DNA from: Gemmatimonadales bacterium
GTDB taxonomy: Bacteria; Gemmatimonadota; Gemmatimonadetes; Gemmatimonadales; GWC2-71-9
Direction of reading: 5' to 3'
NCBI GenBank assembly: GCA_038321865.1
Contig: JBBQFH010000040.1
Location: 1 to 19,410, forward strand
DNA length: 19,410 nt
The first letter of the stretch is position 1, and each line of letters opens with the position of its first letter. The notes beneath the pieces are model-generated. The model was not told the origin of the DNA, searched no databases, and saw only the letters and a list, made by a program, of their open reading frames with translations. A program made the translations under genes and the position numbers. This document shows positions 1-8,822 of this stretch, in pieces.

Positions 1-106
1 GGGCAGCGGCGCGTCCGAGCAGCGACCGTGCAGCCGGAGGAGCCGGTAGCGCGCCTGGCCCCCCTCCGGGACCCGCTTCGCGAGGAGCTGAGGCGGATCT
101 GGCCCG

Positions 107-529
107 ATGGCTCAATCGGAGGTAGGATCGGGAATGACCTCGTCGACTGCGCCTTGCCGCACCGACCCATGCGTCGTCCTCGTCGTGGACGACGAGCCGC
201 TCGTGCGCCACATGACGGCGCGCCTGGTCCGGGATGGGGGCTACGAGGTGCTGGAGGCCGCCAACGGACTCGACGCGCTCGACCTGCTGCGCCACGGCGT
301 GAACGCGGACCTCGTGCTCAGCGACGTGACGATGCCGCACATGGACGGGGCCGCCCTGGCCCGCGTCCTCCGGCGCGACTTCCCCAAACTTCCCGTGGTG
401 CTCGTCTCCGGATATAGTGAGTATCCGGCGGAGGTCTCGCCGTTCCGCTTCCTGGCGAAGCCGTTCTCGGCGGCGCAGCTGCTGACTGTGCTGGGCGGGC
501 TGATCGAAGTGCAACGCTCCGCGCGCTGA
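107..529 (+). CDS. Stand-alone response regulator receiver (CheY-like) protein
   Basis: Receiver motifs VLVVDDE, phospho-acceptor LSDVTMP, VSG and KPF are present, with no output domain. The true start may be ATG 134, which has a purine-rich GGAGGTAGGA stretch upstream. Confidence 0.9.
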   Translation: MAQSEVGSGMTSSTAPCRTDPCVVLVVDDEPLVRHMTARLVRDGGYEVLEAANGLDALDLLRHGVNADLVLSDVTMPHMDGAALARVLRRDFPKLPVVLVSGYSEYPAEVSPFRFLAKPFSAAQLLTVLGGLIEVQRSAR

Positions 530-672
530 GCGGGGAGGGCGAGGGATAGCAAGCGGGTGCTGGTGCCGGCGTTCACTCCCCGGGCGCGGGCTCGGTCGTC
601 GCGGCGGTACTGGCCGCCCGACGGCGGAGCGATGCTGGTCGTTCTTCCGATTCCTTCCGCTCGCTGGTAATG

Positions 673-2247
673 CTACTGCGGTTGCCGGCGCGTCCCTGCC
701 CAGTGCACACGGTAGGAACACGGGGCGCCGCTTCTGACGCGCACCAGGGCGTCGGCGGTGAATCCGCCGCTGGTGAACGTCCCGCCTGCCGACACCGCAA
801 CAGTGCCGCCATCGATCTGAACGGTCTGGGTATCGGTGGCGAATTTTCCGCCCCGCGCGAGCCGCCCGCGATAGGTGAGTGGGCCATGTCTGAGAGTAAA
901 CAGACTGTCGCGGGATCGCTGCGTGATCGTGGTCAGCGCCGGCTGTACAGTGACGGCAGGACAGCTGTTCTCGCCGAGTGAGACGGCGGTGTCGTAGTCG
1001 CCCGCGATGGCAGGCGTCTGGGCCCGTGTGGTTCGGGCGAGCCAGCGACCGTGCATCACCGTGCCCTCGATTTGCCCAGCGTAGCTCACATCGGCCAGTG
1101 GATTTGCGGCGACGAGCAGAAGGTCTGCCGCGGCGCCGACCGAGACGCGTCCCAGGTCGGGCCGCCCGAGGAAATTCGCGGCATCGATGGTGCCCGCGCG
1201 GAGCGCCGTATAGGGCGTCAGCCCGGCCGCGACGAATTCGGCCAGCTCGTCATGCAACGACGTGCCGGGAGCGACCACGTCGATGCCCGCGTCGGTACCG
1301 AGGAGGAGTCCCGCTCCCGCGCGCGACAGGGCCAGCACGAAGCGCCGGCGGTTGGCGAGGATCGCCGCGCGATCGGCCGGCTGCTGCTCCGCCAGCCGGG
1401 CGTAGATGGCGAGCGTCGGACAGTTCCAGGTGCGGGAGGCGAGGGTGGCGGCGACCAGCGATGGGAAGCGCGAGGTGTCTGCGTCGCTCCATCCCCAGGT
1501 GCCGCTCCGGGAGCTGCGGCTGATGGCCCGGTCGTAGCCAGTGAGGTGTTCGATTGAGAGTTGGCCGGAGGCGAGCGCCTCCCGAACATCAACGCGAAGC
1601 GGCACGTGTCCCACGAACGGGATGTGCGCCGCATGGGCCGCCACGACGATCCCGCGATAGGCTGGCGGAGTGAGCTGCGTGTACACCTTGATGTAGCGCC
1701 AGCCCGCCGCGACTTGCCGGCGGACCGCGTCGCCGGCAGATGCGGAGTCCAGCACCTCGATGGTGCCGGGCCACTGCGCCGGTGTACCGTCGAGGCCGGG
1801 GCTGGCCGAGACGATTGTGGGGCCCGAAAGCCGGCCGGCGGCCACGTCCGCCTGCAGCCGGCGCACGCCGTCGGTGCCCCACATGTTCCGGACCGTCAGC
1901 ACCCCCGCGTCGAGGTAGCTCGCGAGATCGGCCTGCCGGAGGAGGTGGACGTGCATGTCGATCAGGCCTGGCATGAGAAAGCGCCCGCGTCCGGTCACCA
2001 CGATGGCTCCCTTCGGCGCCGGGGCGTGCGGCGCCGGCCCCATGAATGTGATTCGGCCGTTCACGATCACCACCGTTTGATGCGGCAGCACGGCGTTCCG
2101 GTCCATCGGCACCACGTTGACGTCAACGATCGCGATGGCTGAATCCGGGCGGGCAGTGTCGCTGTTGCCAGCGTTGGAAGCCGACAGCAGCGCGACGGCG
2201 CAAGAGGCCCACGGCACTGGTGAGCGCGGCTGCTTCGGATGGCGCAT
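673..2247 (-). CDS. Amidohydrolase family protein (imidazolonepropionase-like), probably exported, with a C-terminal beta-rich extension
   Basis: PGLIDMHVH (HxH), YIKVY, GH, SIEH, GTDAG and ADLLLV..NPL motifs. Start placed at ATG 2247 (GGAGA SD upstream, signal-like N-terminus) rather than 2415. Confidence 0.9.
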   Translation of the reverse strand: MRHPKQPRSPVPWASCAVALLSASNAGNSDTARPDSAIAIVDVNVVPMDRNAVLPHQTVVIVNGRITFMGPAPHAPAPKGAIVVTGRGRFLMPGLIDMHVHLLRQADLASYLDAGVLTVRNMWGTDGVRRLQADVAAGRLSGPTIVSASPGLDGTPAQWPGTIEVLDSASAGDAVRRQVAAGWRYIKVYTQLTPPAYRGIVVAAHAAHIPFVGHVPLRVDVREALASGQLSIEHLTGYDRAISRSSRSGTWGWSDADTSRFPSLVAATLASRTWNCPTLAIYARLAEQQPADRAAILANRRRFVLALSRAGAGLLLGTDAGIDVVAPGTSLHDELAEFVAAGLTPYTALRAGTIDAANFLGRPDLGRVSVGAAADLLLVAANPLADVSYAGQIEGTVMHGRWLARTTRAQTPAIAGDYDTAVSLGENSCPAVTVQPALTTITQRSRDSLFTLRHGPLTYRGRLARGGKFATDTQTVQIDGGTVAVSAGGTFTSGGFTADALVRVRSGAPCSYRVHWAGTRRQPQ

Positions 2248-2452
2248 GGGCGGTTCTCCGGAAGGGAAATTAAAGCTTGCTGGAGGTCCTACGCCTGCCG
2301 AGGGAGCGGGTTTCAGTGCCCGCTCGTGCCGTCGTGGCATCTGACGGGCGCGGCGCGGGCAGTGCATCTTACTTTCCCAAGTCTCCAGCCGTTTCCCCCG
2401 GTCCGAGCGGAGCATCCTATGCCGGCCATATACCCCTGATGAGCGGCCGCCG

Positions 2453-2914
2453 GTGACACCGCCACGAGCTGCGCTCGTTGTGCTCCTCGTCGTCGCGGGC
2501 CTGGTCGCGTGGTGGGCGTCGCATCTCTACTCCCCTCGTTCGAGGCGCGACCAGTATCCCCCGGAGTACGGCGCCCTGGCCGATACTCTGCTTGCACGGG
2601 CGGTGCGCCATGACTCGGCCGGGGTCGCGGCGGTGACGCGGGGCAGGGAGCCCGCCGCCTGGCTGGCCATTGCAGGCATGCGCGACTCAGCCGTCCTCGA
2701 GCTGTGGCGTCATGGAAAACCGGTGATCATGGGCCTTCGCTCGGCGGACACGACCCTGCTGTACTGGTCCACCAGCGCGGCCCAGCGCCACTGCCCCGGA
2801 AACGGGGATCTTACGGTCGCGATCGTTGGGGAACCGGCGGGACCGAAGGTCGTGCGGTTGAGCTCGCCCTGCGTGACGGTGGCGGCCATCACATTCGATT
2901 TCAGCCCACCCTGA
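2453..2914 (+). CDS. Hypothetical protein with N-terminal membrane anchor
   Basis: 153-aa ORF with hydrophobic N-terminus AALVVLLVVAGLVAWW and two Cys; fills the gap and ends 16 nt before the next gene. Confidence 0.65.
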   Translation: MTPPRAALVVLLVVAGLVAWWASHLYSPRSRRDQYPPEYGALADTLLARAVRHDSAGVAAVTRGREPAAWLAIAGMRDSAVLELWRHGKPVIMGLRSADTTLLYWSTSAAQRHCPGNGDLTVAIVGEPAGPKVVRLSSPCVTVAAITFDFSPP

Positions 2915-2930
2915 AAGCGCGGGAGACCCC

Positions 2931-3566
2931 ATGCGAAGCCTGACGCTGCTTCCGGCGATGATCGCCATGCTCGCGGGCGCCGTCCACGCGCAGCGGACGG
3001 TCGAGTACGTGCTTCGGTCCTCGTCGCTGCCCGCCCTGACCGTTCGCGTGGCCTCCGGCCTCGTGTACCTCGGCGCTGTCCAATACGAGGTCGGTGGGGT
3101 CGCGCACGCCGAGGAACACCTCTTTGCCGACACGGCGGGGGGCCGGCTCAAGCGCGTCTTCATCGCCCACTTCGAGCATTTTCTACCCACCAACACGCAC
3201 ACGTTCAAGTACCCGACGATGCGAATGACCCGGCTGGGCAGGGAGAAGTACCTCCATCAGGTCTGGGCCATTCGGGACTTCGATCTATTCACCGTTCCCG
3301 AGGTCCAGGGATTTCTTCGGGAGCGTCGGCTGACTGCGGAGGCGAGCTGGCTGGTGGATCGCTACGTGCGCGCGGTGGACAGCGCCGGGAAGTTCGAAGT
3401 GATCTTCTTCTACCTGGAGGCGGCCTCAACGCAGTCGGCCGCGATTCATTACGGTGGCGCACCGAGTGAGCCGCCCCCGCCGCCGGCACCGCCGCCAGCA
3501 GTTGAGGCAATGCTGCTGCGTCATGCGGCGGAAGCGTTCACCGTCGATGCGAGTCCCGGTCGCTGA
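2931..3566 (+). CDS. Secreted hypothetical protein
   Basis: GGGAGA SD, Sec-type signal peptide ending AVHA-Q, globular aromatic-rich body and a Pro-rich stretch near the C-terminus. Confidence 0.8.
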   Translation: MRSLTLLPAMIAMLAGAVHAQRTVEYVLRSSSLPALTVRVASGLVYLGAVQYEVGGVAHAEEHLFADTAGGRLKRVFIAHFEHFLPTNTHTFKYPTMRMTRLGREKYLHQVWAIRDFDLFTVPEVQGFLRERRLTAEASWLVDRYVRAVDSAGKFEVIFFYLEAASTQSAAIHYGGAPSEPPPPPAPPPAVEAMLLRHAAEAFTVDASPGR

Positions 3567-3578
3567 GCGGGCTCAGCG
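3561..3578 (+). terminator. Hairpin overlapping the stop codon (possible terminator or processing stem)
   Basis: CGCTGAGC-GG-GCTCAGCG perfect inverted repeat; no U-tract. Confidence 0.3.
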
Positions 3579-3617
3579 CGGGTTGCATCTGTCTGATCAC
3601 CCCGTCGAAGGACTCTT

Positions 3618-4304
3618 GTGACGACTCCATCATCTCCCTCCACCTCCGGCGACCGCTGCGGCATCAGCATTCTGGTGTTCGGCGCCGCCCTCCGCGCCGA
3701 CTCGCTCAACGACCGTCTTGCGGCCCTCGCCGTGACGGTCTGCCGGGAAAAACGCGCGACCGTGAGCGAGGCGCGCATGAGCGACTTCGACTGTCCTTCC
3801 TATGACCTCGACGTCGAGCTGGGTCCGGGCATTCCCGCCGGCGCGCAGCGCCTGCGCGACCGCCTCCTCGCGACCGACGCGTTCCTCATCGTGTCGCCGG
3901 AATACAATGCCTCGATGCCCGGCGTGCTCAAGAACGCGATCGACTGGGTCTCGCGCTTTCGCCCACAGCCGTTGAACGGGCGCCAGGGTCTCCTCATGTC
4001 GGCGTCGCCGGCGATGAGTGGCGGCAACCGGGGACTCTGGGCCCTGCGGATCCCGCTCGAGCATCTTGGCGCGAGGGTCTATCCCGACATGTTCTCGCTG
4101 GCGCAGGCGCACCAGGCATTCGGCAGCGACGGGCGCATCGCCGACGGCACGCTCCAGTCCCGCTTCGAGAGCACGATCGAATGCTTCGTCGAGCTGGTCG
4201 AAGCGGCGAAGAACTACGGCGCGCTCAAGAAGCAGTGGGTGGAGTATCTCGGTCAGCGCCCGGATGCCGCGATCGACCGGGTCGAGCTGACGCCGACGGC
4301 GTAG
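3618..4304 (+). CDS. NADPH-dependent FMN reductase (ChrR/SsuE-like flavodoxin fold)
   Basis: Signature SPEYNASMPGVLKNAIDWVSR, plus LRADSLN and SASPAMSGG motifs. GTG start. Confidence 0.92.
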   Translation: MTTPSSPSTSGDRCGISILVFGAALRADSLNDRLAALAVTVCREKRATVSEARMSDFDCPSYDLDVELGPGIPAGAQRLRDRLLATDAFLIVSPEYNASMPGVLKNAIDWVSRFRPQPLNGRQGLLMSASPAMSGGNRGLWALRIPLEHLGARVYPDMFSLAQAHQAFGSDGRIADGTLQSRFESTIECFVELVEAAKNYGALKKQWVEYLGQRPDAAIDRVELTPTA

Positions 4305-4368
4305 GGAAGAAGCGACCAGCAAGGTTGACGTGCTGCTGCAGTCCCAAATCCCATATGAGGAGGCCGAG

Positions 4369-5271
4369 ATGTCCGCACCAACGAATTGGCGCCTTCGATC
4401 TGCCGCACCTGCCGTTGGTGCGGCCCTCATCCTGCTCGGTGCCTGCGGTGGCGACAGCAGCGGTCCGGGCGGAGGCAACGCCGCCTTCACCGCAACGGTG
4501 GATGGCAGCAGCTGGACCAGCGCGGCGATCTCGACGCAAGCGCAGGCATCCGCCGGCGGGAACTACGTCCTGGTGGGCGGAACCGGTGTCAGCGGCGGCA
4601 CATCCATCGTCATGACCCTCTTCAACATCGCGGCACCCGGGACCTATCCGCTCGGCGTGGGCGGCACCGTTCGCGGCGGGACCGCCTCGGTCACGATCGG
4701 CAACGGCACCTTCGCCGCGCCGCTGTCAGGCTCGGCCGGCACGGTGACCCTCACGGCAGTCTCGGCGACGCATATCACGGGGACGTTCGCGTTCACAGCC
4801 GGCGCCGACCCCTCCATCCACAACGTGACCAACGGATCATTCGATCTCGACGTGGTTGCCAACGGACCGATCACGGTGCCGGACTATGCGGGCAGCCGCG
4901 TGGGCGGAACCCTGAATGGCGCGCCATGGAATGCCGCGACGGTGGTCACGGTATCGGGCCCGTCCAGCGGAACCGTCGCGGTCGGATTCGGCAACGACGT
5001 GTACCAGGCGAACATGATCATATCCGGCTGGACCGGGACCGGCACCTACACCCTCAACACGGGTGTCAGCCGGCAGATCACCGTTGTCAAGACCGGGACG
5101 ACCCAGTTCTGGGGAGGCAGCGGTGGGTTGAGTGCCGGTACCGTCACCGTGACCAGCGCGACGGCCACCCGGATCGGCGGCACGTACAACGTGACCCTGA
5201 TGCCGGGGGGCGGGGGGGCGTCGGGTAATCTCACGTTGACGGGGACGTTCGACATCGGGATCCAGCCCTAG
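4369..5271 (+). CDS. Lipoprotein with two tandem Gly/Thr-rich beta domains (DUF6252-like)
   Basis: GAGGAGG SD before ATG 4369, lipobox LGA-C, and two internal repeats (..DG..W..GTY.L..GTVT.T..SAT.I.GT..G.FD). The DUF6252 resemblance is from recall, not a search. Confidence 0.85.
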   Translation: MSAPTNWRLRSAAPAVGAALILLGACGGDSSGPGGGNAAFTATVDGSSWTSAAISTQAQASAGGNYVLVGGTGVSGGTSIVMTLFNIAAPGTYPLGVGGTVRGGTASVTIGNGTFAAPLSGSAGTVTLTAVSATHITGTFAFTAGADPSIHNVTNGSFDLDVVANGPITVPDYAGSRVGGTLNGAPWNAATVVTVSGPSSGTVAVGFGNDVYQANMIISGWTGTGTYTLNTGVSRQITVVKTGTTQFWGGSGGLSAGTVTVTSATATRIGGTYNVTLMPGGGGASGNLTLTGTFDIGIQP

Positions 5272-6752
5272 TGACCGACACGGCAGCGCCGAGGGGCCTC
5301 GAGCTTCCGCGGTTGCCGGCCGTCCGGCCAGCGCAGGCCTACGACCGCTCGATCGTCGAGGGGCCGCTGGCCCGTGCGGTCTGGAAGATCGCCTGGCCGA
5401 CGATGCTGGCGAACATCATCGGCGGACTTCAGGGGATCATCGACCACATCCTCGTGGGCCACCTGGTGGGGTTTCGGGGCAACGCGGCGATCGGCGTCGC
5501 CTGGCAGATCTTTCTGGTGGTCATCATCTTCATCACCTCGCTCTTCACCGGCATGAGCGTGCTGGTGTCGCGGTTCGCCGGCGCCGGCGACGAGGACAAG
5601 GTCAACCGAACCGTCTATCAGGCGTTTCTGACGGCGATCGGCCTCTCAGTCCTGATCATGGCGCCGGTGGGATACTTCGCCTCGCCCGCGCTGCTGAGGC
5701 TGGTCAACGCGACCCCCGCGGTCGCCGCCGAGGCGCTGCCCTTTCTCCGCATCATGTTTCTCTTCAGCAGTGGCATGATGGTGTTCTTCATGCTGGGCGG
5801 GGCCCTCCGCTCGGCGGGCGACGCCCGGACGCCGATGGTGATCGGGATCGCGATGACGGTGCTCAATATCGTGCTGAACGTGATCTTTATCAGCGGGGTG
5901 GGCCCGGTGCGGGCGTACGGCACGCGCGGGGCCGCGATGGGCACGGTGACCGCTTCGGGTCTTGTCGCACTCTACGCACTCTGGAAGCTGTGGCACGGGG
6001 GCTGGGTCGTATCGTTTCCGCGGAAGCATGGGTTCGGCCCCGACTGGACCATCATCCGCTCACTCTTCCGGTTCGGGCTGCCGACCGGCATTCAGGGCAT
6101 CGCCATGAATATTGGTGGCGTGCTCATGCTCTCCTTCATCGGCTCCCTCGCGCAGAGCGCGGCAGCACAGGCGGCCTTTGCCGTCTCCTATTCGCAGCTC
6201 TTCTCGCTCATCACCTGGACTTCGGTCGGGCTCATGGGAGCCGCCGGGGCGGTCGCCGGGCAGAATCTCGGCGCGGGCCACCCGGATCGCGCCGCCCAGG
6301 CGGTGCACGTCACTGCCGGAATCGGCGCGGCCACCGCGGCGTTCATCGGCGTGTTTTTTCTCTTCTTCCCGCGGCAGCTGCTGGCCGTCTTCGGCATGAA
6401 CGAGCCGGTGGTTGTGCAGATCGGCACGCAGCTGCTTCACGTGCTCAGTCTTTCCGGCCTGTTCATCGCCGTCGCGCTGGCCTACACCGGCGGGCTGCAG
6501 GGCACGGGTGACACCCGGAGCCCGCTCTACATCTCCATCGTCTCGCAGGTCGTGGTGCCGCTCGGCATCTGCTTTACGATCCGGGAGACCGGCACCCTGC
6601 AGCCGCTGCACATCTGGATCGCCATCCTCACAGGCCACATGACCCGCTGCGTGCTCAGCGCCGCCCGGTTCCGGCAGGAGAAATGGCGCTCGATTCCGGT
6701 GGACATCGAGCCGGCGCGACCGGGTGCACCCGTACTGGAGAACCGACCGTGA
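5271..6752 (+). CDS. MATE family efflux transporter
   Basis: About 12 hydrophobic segments, two homologous halves (GALRSAGDARTP / GGLQGTGDTRSP), VSRFAGAGD / AGQNLGAG motifs. Confidence 0.95.
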   Translation: MTDTAAPRGLELPRLPAVRPAQAYDRSIVEGPLARAVWKIAWPTMLANIIGGLQGIIDHILVGHLVGFRGNAAIGVAWQIFLVVIIFITSLFTGMSVLVSRFAGAGDEDKVNRTVYQAFLTAIGLSVLIMAPVGYFASPALLRLVNATPAVAAEALPFLRIMFLFSSGMMVFFMLGGALRSAGDARTPMVIGIAMTVLNIVLNVIFISGVGPVRAYGTRGAAMGTVTASGLVALYALWKLWHGGWVVSFPRKHGFGPDWTIIRSLFRFGLPTGIQGIAMNIGGVLMLSFIGSLAQSAAAQAAFAVSYSQLFSLITWTSVGLMGAAGAVAGQNLGAGHPDRAAQAVHVTAGIGAATAAFIGVFFLFFPRQLLAVFGMNEPVVVQIGTQLLHVLSLSGLFIAVALAYTGGLQGTGDTRSPLYISIVSQVVVPLGICFTIRETGTLQPLHIWIAILTGHMTRCVLSAARFRQEKWRSIPVDIEPARPGAPVLENRP

Positions 6753-6952
6753 CCACCAGGCTCGACAAGACGATCCGCCGCGAGCTCGTGCTGCACGGCG
6801 CGCTCTATACCGTCACGATCACTTCCGACGGCGTGCGGATCGTTCCCAAGGGCAAACGCGCCGGGCACGAAATCAGCTGGGAGACCCTGTTGTCGGGGGA
6901 TGCGGATCTGCGGCGGGACCTCAACATCTCGATAGACGCCTACCGGGGGTAA
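6749..6952 (+). CDS. Small hypothetical protein (67 aa, MTTRLDKTIRRELVLHG...)
   Basis: GTG start overlaps the MATE stop (GTGA) with a GGAGA SD upstream; protein-like composition. Confidence 0.8.
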   Translation: MTTRLDKTIRRELVLHGALYTVTITSDGVRIVPKGKRAGHEISWETLLSGDADLRRDLNISIDAYRG

Positions 6953-6968
6953 ACGAGGATCCCCGCGC

Positions 6969-8516
6969 TCAGGGAGCGGTCGAATTGAGGTAATGTTCGA
7001 GCTCGCCGGTCGTCGCGAGCGTGCCCGCCCAGGCCACGTGGCCGTCCGGCCGAATCAGGTAGGCTCCGTTCTGCAGCAGGCCGCTTCGACTCATCGCCTG
7101 GCGCCACCCAAAGGTGTGCACCGGGATCCCGTGGGCCGTGCAGGCGGCGAGGATGGGCGCGGGCGGGATCCCGTAGACGTGGAGCTGCCACTGCAGGGAG
7201 GCGAGGGGCAGGAAATTGTCGGCCGGCTCGCCGGCGCCGCCCAGGGCGACCCACGGCAGCCGGTCGCCGCCGTGCACGGTGCCGGCGCTGCCGCTGCTGA
7301 GCGCGCTGTCGCGGTAGCGGATCATGGTCTGGGACACGGTGCGGAACATGAAGAGCCGGACGGCGGCCAGGCGGGTGAGTGGCGGCAGCAGCAGGGGGAT
7401 GAGCACGCTGCGAATGAACCGCGCCATCGGCCGCGGGCTTGTGACGGCGATGAAGCCGCGGTCGGTGGTGCGCACCAGGCGCCGCGCGAAAGCCATCCGC
7501 TCCGGTTCGTAGCTGTCGAGCAGCGACGCATCCGACTGTCCCTGCACGACGGCCGCGAGCTTCCATGCCAGATTCACCGCATCGCCGATTCCGGTGTTCA
7601 TCCCCTGGCCGCCGACCGGGCTGTGGATATGTGCGGCGTCACCGGCGAGGAACACGCGCCCGACCCGGAAGCGGCCCGCCATGCGGTGGTGCACGTGGTA
7701 CGTCGAAAACCAGTTGACCCGTTCGACCTGGATCCCCATGGTCTCGAGGATGCGACCGTGGAGGTCATCCCAGGTCAGCGTCCGGTTGCCCTGCGCCGCA
7801 TCGGGCGGGACCGCACCGATGAAGCGTCCGCGGTGCTCGCCCTTCATCGGGAAGACCGCCAGGAAGTCGTCACGCTCGACGACGCCGTGCAACTCTCCGT
7901 TGATCGGCTTGCCGTGGCCGACGACGTCGGCCACGTAGAACAGGTGAGCGTAGGTTCCACCCGCGAAGCCGGTGCCAAGCGTTTCTCGGACGCAGGAACG
8001 CGCGCCGTCGCAGCCTACCAGGTATTCCGCGGTGCAGCGTTCCTCGGACCCGTCGGCGCGGCGGAGCCGCGCCGTGACCCCCTCGTCACCCTCCTCGAAG
8101 TCCAGCAGCTCAGTCGGCCGCTCAACCGTGACGCCGGACGCCGCGAGTTCGCGGATGAGCAGCTGCTCATGTTCGTCCTGGGGAAAGATGAGAATGAACG
8201 GGAACGGGCTCTCACCGATGCCGAGGTCGCCGAGCGGGATGCGCGCCTGACGACGGCCGCGGGACCACAGGTTGATGGCGACGAACCTGATTCCCGCCGC
8301 CACCACGGTGTCGGCGATGCCGAGCTGGCGGTAGAACTCCAGCGTCCGCGCCTGGACGGCAAGCGCTCGCGACGTCGTTCCCGGCTCGGCCACCTTGTCG
8401 ATGATGCGCACCCGGACACCGCGGCGTGCGAGCCATAGCGCGAGTACGAGACCGGTGGGTCCCGCACCCGCGATGAGGATCTGGGTGTCGGCCTGTGTTT
8501 CGGGCAGGGTGGGCAT
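6969..8516 (-). CDS. FAD-dependent monooxygenase (FAD_binding_3, aromatic-ring hydroxylase family)
   Basis: GAGPTG Rossmann motif, GCDGARS, GDAAHIHSPVGGQGMNTGIGDA and C-terminal YLIRPDGHV. Start is ATG 8516 or GTG 8525. Confidence 0.95.
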   Translation of the reverse strand: MPTLPETQADTQILIAGAGPTGLVLALWLARRGVRVRIIDKVAEPGTTSRALAVQARTLEFYRQLGIADTVVAAGIRFVAINLWSRGRRQARIPLGDLGIGESPFPFILIFPQDEHEQLLIRELAASGVTVERPTELLDFEEGDEGVTARLRRADGSEERCTAEYLVGCDGARSCVRETLGTGFAGGTYAHLFYVADVVGHGKPINGELHGVVERDDFLAVFPMKGEHRGRFIGAVPPDAAQGNRTLTWDDLHGRILETMGIQVERVNWFSTYHVHHRMAGRFRVGRVFLAGDAAHIHSPVGGQGMNTGIGDAVNLAWKLAAVVQGQSDASLLDSYEPERMAFARRLVRTTDRGFIAVTSPRPMARFIRSVLIPLLLPPLTRLAAVRLFMFRTVSQTMIRYRDSALSSGSAGTVHGGDRLPWVALGGAGEPADNFLPLASLQWQLHVYGIPPAPILAACTAHGIPVHTFGWRQAMSRSGLLQNGAYLIRPDGHVAWAGTLATTGELEHYLNSTAP

Positions 8517-8556
8517 GGCGCTCACGGAGCAGGGAGACCGCGGTGCATACCCAACT

Positions 8557-8592
8557 CGGCCCGCGCCGACAGGGGGTCATCGGCGCGGGCCG
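8557..8592. repeat. Perfect 13-bp inverted repeat (stem-loop)
   Basis: CGGCCCGCGCCGA (8557-8569), 10-nt loop, TCGGCGCGGGCCG (8580-8592). Confidence 0.7.
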
Positions 8593-8822
8593 TGCAGGCG
8601 GCGGTTCAACCCAAGGTACGTCGCCGGGGAGGCCCGGCAAGTCCCGTCGCGCGTGCGCCTCACGGTTTGATCGCCTGATGTGCGCCCGACGCGGGACTGC
8701 TCGGCTCGATCGCGCCGGGTTGCCGAATTGACTGCCACGGCGGGCGCCATTCGCTGGCCGGTTCCCGCTTTCGTCGCTAAGTTGCTGCGGCTCCTCTGCT
8801 GGCGTCCCCAACCGACCTTCAT

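Noticed and set aside
2304..2361. Mutually exclusive hairpins (GAGCGGG/CCCGCTC versus TGCCCGC/GCGGGCA) suggesting an RNA switch
   Set aside because: Only 7-bp GC-rich stems, expected by chance at this GC content; no recognisable aptamer or terminator.
2248..2415. 56-codon N-terminal extension of the amidohydrolase ORF
   Set aside because: The SD and signal-like sequence point to ATG 2247, and the extension is not protein-like.
2436..2443. CTGATGAG, the hammerhead ribozyme core motif
   Set aside because: No GAAA follows a stem II and no stems I/III with a cleavage triplet can be built.
4325..4356. TTGACG -35-like box upstream of the lipoprotein gene
   Set aside because: No convincing -10 hexamer at 16-18 nt spacing.
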